A stretch of 64,000 nt of DNA from Neoconidiobolus thromboides FSU 785 (Eukaryota > Fungi > Entomophthoromycota). The DNA lies in the NCBI GenBank assembly GCA_025603075.1, contig MU626299.1, positions 1 through 64,000 of the forward strand. The letters run 5' to 3'. Made by a program: the position numbers and the translations under genes. The notes under the pieces are model-generated. The model saw only the letters and a list, made by a program, of their open reading frames with translations, searched no databases and was not told where the DNA came from. Positions 1 through 11,999 of this stretch are shown piece by piece (within the stretch, counting starts at the first letter, position 1; the number at the start of each line of letters is the position of its first letter).

Positions 1-454
1 GGTACTCAGGGTTTGGAGTCAAAAACAGCTATTACTGGGTTAACTATACTATAAGTCGAAAGGTCTTAGTTTATGTGACTAAGATAGACTTGGGTTATAA
101 GGAATAACACGTAATAGGCTACAAGCTATATAAGACAAATAGAATAGACAATGCTAATGTAAAATCTACGTAAAATACTATTAAGTAAACTTAGTAGCTT
201 TATTAAATGTACGAGATATCAGGGAATAATTCAGTTAAAAAGCCTCGAACAACTATACTCTATAAACTCTTTTATACTCTGAAAAGTATAAATATGAAAA
301 TGAGAAGATAATATTTTTTGGGATGGAGCTAGAAATCCTCATAACAAACCAAAATAAGAGTATGAGATTGATTGTCTCTGAACTCGAGAACACAACAGCT
401 TAGGCGATTGTTATGCTATAATTAACCATGGGGCTGATAAAGCGATATTTCACA
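1..454 (+). mobile_element. Solo LTR (subfamily A), 5' end cut by window edge
   Basis: Colinear with the ~465-bp TGTGAAAT...ATTTCACA copies at 38592, 39730 and 48889. Ends GCGATATTTCACA at 454. Confidence 0.8.
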
Positions 455-519
455 ACATATAGGGGGACATAGGAAATCGTTTAAAATCCTAAAGGCTATT
501 ATGTTGTATATTTAAATTT

Positions 520-1000
520 TTTTATAAAATAGTAGTTTGTATTTTAGTTTTAATTTTTTTGTTAAGCATTATAAAAAAATTTATAATGAAAGAATAGTTT
601 TGAAGCATTAAGCAAAATAAAAAATATTAATTGACTAATTTGAAAATTTGAAATTTTTATTTGTAAACACGATAAAATTAACAACTCAACTGTTAACGAT
701 AGGAAAACAGATATAATATTTAATATATATATATGTATAAAAAATAATACAATTCTAACTAAAGTTATAAAGTCTATAAAAAATCTAAAAAATCTAAAAA
801 ATCTAAAAGTTAAAAAATTAGAGGATCAACCTTAGCTTATTTTATAAAAATAACAGAAAATTTAAAGGTTTCAATATTTACTAAGCAATTAAATAGTTTA
901 TTAAATGATAGAAATCAATTATCAAATGTTAATGTTACTTAACTTGTTAATAGTTAAGTTAGTAAATAGTCAGAAAGTAAGTAGTTATAATAATAAGTAT
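520..1000 (+). repeat. AT-rich ~500-bp segment with a paralogue at ~39075-39729
   Basis: Shared colinear blocks such as TAAAGTTATAAAGTCTATA, GTTTCAATATTTA and TTAAATGATAGAAATCAA. Confidence 0.65.
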
Positions 1001-2586
1001 AAAGTATTATGATATTGCTTATATTATATAAAAATAATCAACTATAGTTTGATGGCTAATCACCCCCTCCTACACAGCTATTTGTTAACTTAGCAATATA
1101 TTGATAATATAATTGTGATATTAAAATAATTTATCTATTTACATACTACAACTTTGATTAATATTAATATATAGATTATACTAGTAAAAGCCTTACTAAT
1201 CCGGAAATCTCTATTAAGTTTAATAGAAATTCAGCTAATTTACAATATAAATTATGATAAAATAATTTAAAGCTGTGTTGGGTACTTTTGCTTTTTAATA
1301 AAGAATTTATTTTTATGGAATTTTAAACGAAGTTCTTAATATAAAATACTTAAATTGGCTAAAAAAATCAAACCAGTTCGGATATCCCTACGTTTTATTT
1401 TATTTTATTTTGTTTTATAATAGTTCAAGATTAAGTAAAAGCGATTGTTTGAATTAAGTAAAGCTTGATAGTTTTGTTTTCATTTATAAATTAGTTTTTT
1501 ATTAAAAGTTTGTACAATATTTAATATAAAATCGATAAGATAGTAATAGTTACAGTTTCTATTAATTTTGTCTTATCATCAATGAAGTAACCTTACATAA
1601 AATCTAGTGAATTATTTTTTGAATTTATTTGGTATAGAAAACTAATAATTTCAAACTGCCATAAGAATTACAAAATCTATTCTTAAGTCAAATATAAATT
1701 ATTATTGAGTTTAGAATCTGTATTTGATATATTAAATTAACTCCCTTAAATTTGTCTGAAATAAAACTCAATAGCTTTAATAAGTTAAATACATATCTAT
1801 TAAATAATAAAATTCTACTTAAAGTTATATACTTAATGTATATTCAGGTTAACCAGGTATTTTGTTATGTATATTTGTTTTTAGTAGTTATATTAATGAT
1901 GTATATTTGGTAATCGCACAGATTACAGCTACCTTGTGTTCCACTTTGTTATTTGAAATAAAGCTCCACATGGTTTTTATGAGGTTGCTATTTTTGTACA
2001 TTTTTCTATATTCTAATCTTTAGCAATTACAAACATAATATTGTTATTAATTTTATCGAATCCTCAGATTGAGAATTATTTTTTGTAGTTTTTCCTTTAA
2101 TTACATTTTGATATTTCTGATACTTTTCAAAGTGAATTGGGCATTTTTATTTTGCTTTTGCCAATATAAAAATAGAAAATCCTAAGGTTAGATTTAGAAA
2201 ATACAAAATTAAAATGCCCAACCTATGTTTAAAATAGATCCAGTAGTAGTTTAAATTCTGGACTTTTAATTGAAAATAGTTTTAACAATAAATTGAATGA
2301 TTAGTCACAAAAATATAAACTATTTTAGACTCAGCTAATTTTTATTAAAACGAAGTTTCATAACGTTTAATTTGCTTTATTTTTTATATAAAACTTTGTA
2401 ACCAGTTTTAGCGAATAAACCTTGCATTAACTGAAAGTTGAAATAGTATTCCTTTTTTATATGGTTTGATATATTGAATTTAATGCTTTGATTTTAAATT
2501 AGTAAAAATTAGGATATATAAAGCCTTGATGATTAGATTTAATTTCTTATTCTTATTTTTCATTTTTTAAATCTTAGAATTTTAGA

Positions 2587-3282
2587 ATGTATCAAAGTTA
2601 TTCTATCACTGATACCCAAACTCTTTACATGCCAAACTTCAGTCATGATCTCCCTTCTTTAAATAGCAATAATTTATCTGATATTAACACTTTTGAAAAT
2701 AACTATATTCCTTTGAGCACTTATGCTTCCCCAAGCCACAAGCGTAGAGCCTTTTCTAATAGTGTCTCACTTCCTTCTATAGGTGAACTAGGACTATTAA
2801 ATACAAATGGCCTTGGAAAAAACTACAGTGGTAACACCTCTATCCCATACACTAAGGACTCAATTATAGGCTATCTAGTTAAGTCACCTAGAAGGGCTAA
2901 ATCCAAAACCATTAATACTACAATTCCTAGAAGAAAGAAAGCAGCTCCAGAACAAAGACAACTTTTAGAAGACGTATTCAAATCCAATTTTTTCCCTACT
3001 ACATCGACACGTATGAGGCTTGCTGACGAGTTAAACATGACTGAACGTTCAGTCCAGATCTGGTTCCAAAACAAAAGATCAGCATTTAGAAAAACAAACA
3101 AAGTACATGAAAGAGTTAGCCCAGGAATTGAGAAAATATTAAAAGGCTCCGCTTTAACTCAATGTTCAACATCTTCTGCACTATCTATTGCCTCTCCTAC
3201 ATCATCATTTTATAATAAAAGTGATGCTTTAAATTCCCCAATCGACTCTATTAGTCAAAGAAATTACAAGTATAGAGTATAG
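2587..3282 (+). CDS. Homeodomain protein HD1 (Q50, non-TALE, Yox1/Yhp1-like), 231 aa, intronless
   Basis: PRRKKAAPEQRQLLEDVF...FPTTSTRMRLADELNMTERSVQIWFQNKRSA. LPSIGEL motif. TATATAAA at 2515-2522. Confidence 0.95.
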   Translation: MYQSYSITDTQTLYMPNFSHDLPSLNSNNLSDINTFENNYIPLSTYASPSHKRRAFSNSVSLPSIGELGLLNTNGLGKNYSGNTSIPYTKDSIIGYLVKSPRRAKSKTINTTIPRRKKAAPEQRQLLEDVFKSNFFPTTSTRMRLADELNMTERSVQIWFQNKRSAFRKTNKVHERVSPGIEKILKGSALTQCSTSSALSIASPTSSFYNKSDALNSPIDSISQRNYKYRV

Positions 3283-4381
3283 TCGAGCCTATTGTTATCA
3301 TCTTACAAATGATGTAACTTATTGTGTGTAAATATCATTTGTTATTCCTTAGAACCAAATAAATTGATTTCCGTTATTAAACTTATTTTATGATTTTTAC
3401 TTTTATAATTGTTTGAAAATTTATAACATAATATTAAAGAAATTAGATAAAAATTACTACTTTTAATGAAATTTAATTTTGTCTCTCAAATAATATTTGA
3501 TCAAGAAATAGATAAATAAATTATTTAAATAGTTCTGATTAAAAAGTGATCTATTTATAAAACTTGGACCATTTCAAAACATTAAATTTAAAGATACATT
3601 ATTAAATTTTAAATACAGCTTATGAGTGAAAATAAAACAAACGGGATTATAATTTCAAACTCAGATATTAATTAAAATTGACCATTAGTGGATTTGCTTC
3701 GCCATAGAACAAAATCAAATCATTACTTAGGTTTTGAAATGGTTGTAAGGATAGAGGAGAGGACTTTACATTCAAACTCAGGTGAAACTTATCTTTTAAA
3801 AATTAAAGTTTTTATTTTTATTTGATTACAGGATGATACTGTTGTTTTAACTTTTGTACTTTAAACACTATTTCATTTAACGTTTTATACTAAGCTATTA
3901 AATTAATTTTTTAATATTAAATTCAATGCTATCATTTAGTTTATTTTAAATGTTATTTGTTATAATTTATATGATTTTTCTTAACTTAAAGTGTAGCGAT
4001 TAAAATAATATATTCCTCATTATACTAAGATATTAAAGAGCTTTCAACTTTGTTATACATAAAGACCAAACTTTGTTTAAACATTTAAACTCGAATATAC
4101 GTTTTTCTCAAAATAGTGATATCCACAATGTTAGCTTTTGCTTTATTCTAATTCAAGTTCATTTTCATAAAAATACCTTTTGAAATAAGCATAATGTAAC
4201 AAGAATGATAATCAAAATGTTAATTTTCTTTCTCAAATATTTTAGTTTTTCATTTAAAATGACCATATTCATCGAAAATTTACTTATAGATTATACTTAA
4301 AATATTTTCATTGAACTATAAAAAATACAACACACACATCTTGTGCTTTTCTTCAAAAAACGGTTCACCAAAATAACAAAT

Positions 4382-4478
4382 GGGGCTGTTTTTTTTGGTT
4401 TCATTATTTTTCCATTTTTTAAGCACTATTTGAGTGGAAAGGTTGTAGTAAAATTCTTAAACAAAAAAATACATCCCC
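4382..4478 (+). mobile_element. ~98-bp MITE
   Basis: GGGG...CCCC ends, TSD AAAT on both sides. Confidence 0.85.
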
Positions 4479-5030
4479 AAATCACATTCCAAAAGCTATT
4501 CGATTTACAACTCTATTTAACTAATACAATCATTATGATCTATTTTATATATCAATCCGAGCAGCTTTATATTATCTGATATTAGTGTATCATTGAAAAG
4601 ATAGTAAATCGTTTAAAAAAAAGCTGAGTTGTTATTTTTGCTTCTTTAACATAAAAATAGGACAAGTGTATTTTAAAATCATGTACTAATATAATAAAAT
4701 ACAAATTAGTCGTTTGATCCCAATATTCATTTGATCCGTACTGTCAAACTTATTGAATTTTCTTTATTGAAAATCAAAAACCTTAATAAAATCAAGCTAA
4801 TGAATTGGCATAGTGTTGATGTTTAAACAGACAAAAAAACAAAAAAAACACCATTGACTTTTAAAAAAATTGTATTTATAGTTTAAACACTTGCTGTTAA
4901 CTGCTGTTAGAATCATTTTGAAATTTAGCCATAATTGATCAAGAAGGGCAAGGTTTTGTAGAATTGAAGTTATTTAAAATGAACATTTCAGAAATTAAGC
5001 CCATTATAAAAATCAAAATATCATACAATA

Positions 5031-5100
5031 CAATATAATATAATATAATATAATATAATATAATATAATATAATATAATATAATATAATATAATATAATA
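5031..5100. repeat. (TAATA)n microsatellite, ~14 units
   Basis: Direct reading. Confidence 0.95.
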
Positions 5101-5949
5101 TTACATGGATTAAATAGCCATGCTCTGTAGCTTTATTTTTTGATAGCACATATTTTTTATTAAATATTCTTACTGTTATTTTATTTAACTTCATGTAAGA
5201 ATATTCAACATTTAGGATCAAATGACTAATAGGATCAAGTGATTAATTTGTATGCTATATAAAAGTCGAAGAAAAATACGACTCAAGGCAGTCAACCTAA
5301 AAAAATAAGACAAAAATCAATAAATCATATAAAACTACTTAAGCTATATTAAATCATCACAAATTAGTAATAGTTTTCAATTTTGTTAAACTTTTGTACA
5401 TATAATTTTTGATAAGCCTGTATTGTATTAATTTTAAAGTTACAAGTTCCAAATATATAGTCATACCAAATTAATTTTTATACTCCTGAAAAAAAACTGT
5501 TTTTTCATTTTTTTTGATAATTGATCAACATTGTAAGCTCAGATTATCAAACCTTAACTTATAATCTTTATGTAAATTGTAATATTAAAAAGTATTAAAG
5601 TGTTTTTTAAATAGTATGATAAAAGCTATCAATATCTCATAATTAATAACATAAAGTGTTAGTATCAGAATTAATATTGTAAGTAATTTTTTGCTTTTAT
5701 TATATATTAAAGGGTTTAAAAAAATCATAAACAAAGCTGGTAAAAAAATCTATTCTTATCATTTATAATTAATTAAATTTTAACTCTATAATATAAATAT
5801 ACATATGAATATTTATGCTTATAAAAATACTTTAAATAGTTTGATATTAGTAAGTTTTAAATTATATAAAGCAGTTTATAAGCTTTATTTAAATAAGCTA
5901 TACATAAAAAAATTGTATTAAGCTTAGGCTATATTAAATAAACAAATAA

Positions 5950-6340
5950 ATAAAATGATAAAAAAATATTATACAATTAAATAAAATAATGATAAAATAA
6001 TAATTTAAAGCTGTAAATCAAAAAAACTCATTAGTATTTTAGCTCAATTTCTAAATCAGAGAAAACTTTAAAAAAATATCCCCACTTACTAAATTTACAA
6101 TTTTATGTATTGATTTGCTTAAAGCCCAGATTTGAATTTTATTGAAAATATGCAGTAATTTTTTAAATATTATTTTAAATATTAAAAAAAATCAAAAACT
6201 AAAATTAAACAACTTAGAGCTATTTTAAATCAGGAATAAAAGTCAATAAATATTAGACTTGAAAAGCATTTAACAGCTAACATGCAGTTTTAGTGACAAA
6301 TAATAATTACAAATATAAAACAAACAATATTAATAACTTC
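5950..6340 (+). pseudogene. Decayed Tc1/mariner transposase C-terminal remnant
   Basis: 6123-6158 reads SPDLNFIENMQ* (Tc1 motif SPDLNPIENLW). Followed by KTKIKQLRAILNQE*KSI...LTANM, resembling the Tc1 C-terminus. Contains stops and indels. Confidence 0.5.
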
Positions 6341-6855
6341 TTGGTTCAAAATTACAATGTTTTGATTATTAGCCATTTAAAATTCAGATATTATTTTAAA
6401 AAATGTTTTTAAAACATAACATTTAACTTTTGGTTTTTGATAACATGATTTTATATTTGTTCTATTTTATGTGTATATTTATATCTGTACTATTTTTATA
6501 AATTTCCAGGTTGGAAAATATAATTTTACTATTGGTTTATATAGCATTTTTTATTTAACTATTAGGTTTTTTGATTAAAATTTATTTTAAAAATAAGAAT
6601 AGAATGTAGTAAACATTTAGGTATTATAATCATACAACTTTACTGCGACTTCTATCTTGAAAAAACTATATAAATTTTAATAATATTCCAGTTTAAAGCA
6701 TTTAAATTCTTTTTCTAGCTATGGACAATCAACAAGTTTAATCCTTTTCATATAATTATCAAATTTTTTTAATTGCTGAAAAATACTTTAATTTTTGAAA
6801 TACTTGACATACTACTTTTCCAGGCTTTAATGTCATAAAAAACTTGAATTTTATA

Positions 6856-6951
6856 CAGGTGTTTTTTGTCTTCATCACCTTTTCCATCTTTCAAGTGCTA
6901 TTTGAGCGAAAAAATTATTGATAAAATCCTTGAACATAGAAATACATCCTC
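6856..6951 (+). mobile_element. ~98-bp MITE, left end degenerate
   Basis: Colinear with the family consensus. Ends ACATCCTC followed by ATAT. Confidence 0.7.
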
Positions 6952-9900
6952 ATATAAAAGTTTTATGACTCTTCAATTTGACTATCCAGCTTTTTTTCTC
7001 ACTTATATTTTCAAACTCTTTTGTTTAAAGCCAAAAGGTAACTTTTTAGAAAGTAGAAATAATATAGATTTTAAGCTTTTTTCCAAAGTATAAACAGCTT
7101 AAATGCAATTGATACTCTTTCATAAATAACCTATTAACAACCAGTATCTCTTAGATTAGTCTTGAGAGTGTTCAATTTTCTATTTTAAATAAAACACATG
7201 AGGCCTATGTATTTAAAGAGAGTAAAAAAACCAGTTTGAAACTCAGAATTTTCTTTTACTATCTCAGTTTAAAGAATTCATTTTTTTAGGAATACTTGCT
7301 AATGATATTATTTTTGAATTAAAATACTAAATTTAAAATAATACTAAAAGATCAGATTGTTAGTAGTAATAGAAGCGAATAAACCAGAGAAAACTTCCGT
7401 AAGATGCTTTTCCTCTTTTTAAGCTAGTCTATTTAGAGAGGGAAAAGGAAAAATAGTTTAATTAAAAATACTTTGCATTTAGAACTATGATTTAAAGTGT
7501 GAAAAGCCCAGATTGGGAACTAAAGGCATTTACAATATTAGTAACGATTTATCCAAATAACATAGACAACTTATAAAAGATGTTGAAAGTTAGAACAAAA
7601 AAATGAAAGGTCTGGCATAAAGAAAACATCCTGACCCTGTGGTTTCTAAAACATTAGCATCGGTTTCAAGGCTCATGGATCAAAGAGCAAAGTAGTTAAA
7701 TTGATTATAAATTTAAAGGAACTGTTTTGAAATTAGTCTCATACAATAGATTCTTCGGCTTTATTCTTAAAAGGGGGTTTATTATACATATTATGTTATG
7801 GTGTTAAAAACATATAAGGGTTATATTCTAAAAAGCACCAAGGTTCAACCTTTTTATCACATTTTATAGCTTTATTTATGTAAATTTCAACAACAACAAA
7901 GTTAAAATATGGTTTATTAATTCTAATATGCATATGTACCGTTATGGTTGGTAAAATGTGCTTAAATTAGTAAAGAGTAGTCCATATAATGACTTGCTAT
8001 GTAAATTGTATTTGAAAACTGATATTTGATTTAAAAGCGTTATAAAAATAACTATGGTTTTAATCAAAACTAAGGTTTTCACTCAAAAAATAGCATCCAT
8101 TGTTCTCTAAGTTAAATTATATTATAATATTCAGTAAGCTTTTGTTGTTAATATATTAGATTTAGGCTAAAATTATGCTATAAGTTAATTGAATTTAAGG
8201 TCTTGGCAAGAGATAGTTGGCTTTGAATAAAGTTAAAAGATCCTAAAAAGTAAGCTAATCAACCTTAATATTACAAATAAACGGAAGTGATTGAATCGTA
8301 TATATTTTGAAGTATGTTAAATTATGTAATAAAATCTCATATAGATCCAAAAAATATGATATGATATTACATTTATTATATTCTCAAAGTAAGCTTATAT
8401 GGCTATTGAATCATCTAAAACCTTAGTTTAATCCTATGTCACCCTTGTGTTATTATTTGTTTATTAAAACATCACATTTCTATACAAAGGCATACTTTAA
8501 CAAAATCCACAAAGGACTAAAATATGTTGGTATCAGAGCTTCAATTAAGTCTATGGTAATGTTCAAATTTAGTGTTCTAATAGCTTTTAATATACGGCTA
8601 CTAGCCCTGACAGGTCCAATATTTAGAAAAATATCTAGCACCACAATGACTATAAATAAAATGATCTATCATCAGTGGTTTAACTTCTATTATAGCTTTA
8701 ATTTCTTTATTTGATCAAAATTATTTACCCGATATAAGCTCTAGATTCAACAAGGTTCGAATATTTATTAGGAAATTGGCACTTTATATCTATCGTATGT
8801 CTAATGATATGGTCTAGACAAATCCAAAGCAGAACATTAATTGTTTTAACATATAAAAAATATCTTTCCTTTTTTATAGTTGGAATTAACTGTTATATGT
8901 TTTTATTATAAATTTTAATTACCTGTTGCTTTTTAGCTATTTTTAAAACTCACTGATCAATAATGATTTCATTTGTCTTCACTATTTAATTGAATCTGCC
9001 TAAACATCAATGAAATACATTTATAGGGATTAGAATTACTTTATAGATATAATCTTAGTATTGATCTTATTTTTAATCTTTAAAACTTATTTCTTATTTA
9101 TTTTTTATAGACCATTAGCACTTGAATTTGTTATTTGAAGTTGAAGTGCTACTTTATAAAATTAAAATAGTAATATCAGATTTCAAGATTTTATGTATTT
9201 AAACTGTTTTCTTTAAAATATTAAAAGCAGTAAAGGAAACAAACTTACAATAATGTATATAATTATATTATTTAGATTTTTTGTGAAACTAGTATTTGAA
9301 TTAAGATATAATAAAGTTGAGATTAGAACTTTGTGCACTCAAAATAACTTACAGTTTTAGGATAGAAAGTCTTATTTAAAGATTGTAACTCACTTATATT
9401 TTATATAAAGTGAAATAAATGACAATATAAGTACTAAGAGTTGAACATTTATTGTCCTTTAAATTATAGCTTTTGAAGGTTTTAATTCGATTATCATTAA
9501 GCACAAAGAAAAACGAATTTGAGCTAATAATAATATTTTTCAAAGAACTAAGATGCAAGCAACTACATAATTAAAACTCTAAATATCAATAACCAATTAC
9601 TCTTTGAAACCTTAATTTTTTAGAACTCTACTTTTTAACACAGTTTTTTCAACGTTCCATTTGTTTATTCTGTTCGCTAAAACAAATACAAAAATAAAAG
9701 CAAATACTACATATTTTAACAAACAAATATAAATGTAATTTTGATCTTTTGAAGTATAAAATTTTATATTTTTTATAAATCAAAGAATACATGGGAAAGT
9801 AATTCCTAAAAACGAAATATTAAAATAATTAATTTAACAAGAATCTATTCATATTTTTAATATAAATTTATCCGAATAAAGACTAGTCTAGATTCTAATT

Positions 9901-11498
9901 AAAGCGAGGATGATATGTAATAGTAGCATATTCTCAAATTATACATAATCATCAAACATTAAATTTTATATCTCTAAGCAAGTTTAGAAAGTATTGATAT
10001 CATCATTTATAAAAAAGTTTAATTACAATAGCCACTGGCTTTCATACCAACTTGAATGCTTCAAGGATGTAGTGTTTGATCCTTACCAAAATAGTTATTA
10101 GCTGACTTTATTTTATAATTAAGAAAATTCCTTCTGTTTCAATAACAAAGGATGTATAAAAAAACCTCAACATTTTATCCCTAATCTTTTGTTTATTAGC
10201 ATTTCTACTTTGCTATGGTACTTGAATAGCGTATTAGGAAATAAATAAAATAAAAGGCGATTTAGTCTTATGTTGAATAGCTTACATCTAAAACATTTTC
10301 GATCGTTTTTATCAATAGAGTTCGCTGAAAGCTATTTATAAGTTATGTAAAATTTTTAATTCATTTCACTATATTCGGGACTACATCTTGTTCTAAAGCA
10401 GTAGAGATGTATTGTCCTGTATTGTTCTGTATTGTAAATATAGCAATTAGAGTGTGTTAATTCAACATTTACAAATTCATTAATAAATAAAAATGTTAAA
10501 TTAAATAATGTATTACTTAATGAAATTTAATAGCAGCTTATTAATCATACTAATTATCATAGACTCACTATAGGCAAAATGCTTGTTAACATACAATATA
10601 TGATAGTGTTTCTATTATTAAAGAAGTAAGGAGCTATTGAGGTGTATTTGTAAAAGCAGCGAAACAAAGGTTCATTTGAAAAAAACGATGATAAACGCAG
10701 AGAATATCATAAAGCGGAATTAAAGAGAATCAGCAACAGAAGGTACTGATTTAATACGAAATCATTGTTTTTTTGTATATACAGTAACTAAGGTTATTTA
10801 TATTTTATTAATAAAATATAAGCATCGCTTATTTACTGTAAACTTTAAAACCCGTATTTTTTTAACTGATTGTTGTAATGCAGTTTTTATTAATAAAATA
10901 GATGACTAAGCTCAAAATTATCAAATTCAAGATTACTTATAAGGAGAGTGGTTAAATATCGCTTCAATTGATTAATAATGTCATTTAACTTTGAAATTGA
11001 ATTTTTATAGGGAGTATTTTATAGTAAATTAATTAAAGGAGCTATTAAAGAACCTGAAGCACACACTTAAATCCTAAATAGAAGACAGAATCAAAAATCT
11101 ATAGATTCACCTATCGGAGAACTGCTATAAAAAGCATTTTAAAATTATAACGGGATTATTCTTCAGTTTCTATCTTGTTTTGTATAATATAAGATTATAT
11201 ATTGGAATTTATCCTAAATTCCATTATTTCTATTTTGATTAATTCTTTTTCTTAATGCAATCTTTTAGCCTAGACCTTTTTTAAGATTTAGAATTCCATT
11301 TAAATGTTATAAAATTAAAATTAGCTAGTAAAATGAAATTTGTAGAAGCTAGAAAATAGAAAATAGAAAATATTACAATTCATTACAGAAAACTCAATTT
11401 ATTAAAAGTTAAAATGATTTTAAATTTATAGATGGTAGAAAGATAAGGTGATGAATTAATATAAGTTGAGGGCGAAAAGAAAAAGTATTATACAAAAA

Positions 11499-11999
11499 CT
11501 ACTCGTTTAGAATATTCTTAATCGTAGGCTGCAAAGTAGATGGGGAGTTGAGCGGAGTTTGATAGCTTGAACTTGATCCAGATAAGTCCTTAGTATTAAT
11601 CAATAAATCCTTCCTTTTATTGTTCCTCCTAACATTTAGAGCTTTTCTCTTGTTTTGAAACCAAATTTGAACCGCCCTTGGTGCCATATTTAACTTCATT
11701 CCTATCTTGATTCTTTGATATGTTGATGGGAAAGAAGTGTATTCCCACACCTTCTCCAAAAACTCTATTTGCCAGGCCGAGGCTCTCTTTCTTTTTGGTT
11801 TGATTGGTACTATACTACTATTATCGCTAAAAGCCAAATCACTCAAAAAAGCCCATTTACTTTGATCCTGAAGTATCTCAGATAGACTACTGTTCATACT
11901 ATTAGGTGATGCTTCTAGTTGATCTTGATAATCACTTTGGGTAATACTTTCACTAATTGGATTTAGCATGAAATTTATACTACAAGATGAGGATGTCAT
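11499..11999 (-). CDS. Homeodomain protein HD2 (Q50), 166 aa, intronless
   Basis: KPKRKRASAWQIEFLEKVW...FPSTYQRIKIGMKLNMAPRAVQIWFQNKRKAL. N-terminal SINFMLNP, C-terminal PTIKNILNE. Confidence 0.95.
   Translation of the reverse strand: MTSSSCSINFMLNPISESITQSDYQDQLEASPNSMNSSLSEILQDQSKWAFLSDLAFSDNSSIVPIKPKRKRASAWQIEFLEKVWEYTSFPSTYQRIKIGMKLNMAPRAVQIWFQNKRKALNVRRNNKRKDLLINTKDLSGSSSSYQTPLNSPSTLQPTIKNILNE

Noticed and set aside
4343-4579. Short ORFs at 4343, 6866, 23343 and 49457 with mutually similar translations
   Set aside because: They read through MITE copies, so the similarity comes from the repeat.
5021-5221. ORF with YYIIL repeats
   Set aside because: Translation of the (TAATA)n microsatellite.
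8745-8770. GGTTCGAAT T-loop-like motif as a tRNA
   Set aside because: No acceptor, D or anticodon stems around it.
7300-9000. Coding-like stretches with stops (e.g. minus-strand HCGARYFSKYWTCQ near 8600)
   Set aside because: May be decayed transposon sequence, but I could not assign a family motif with confidence.
10562-10574. GACTCACTATAGG, a 13-nt match to the T7 promoter
   Set aside because: The upstream TAATAC is missing and there is no other vector sequence nearby. Treated as chance.
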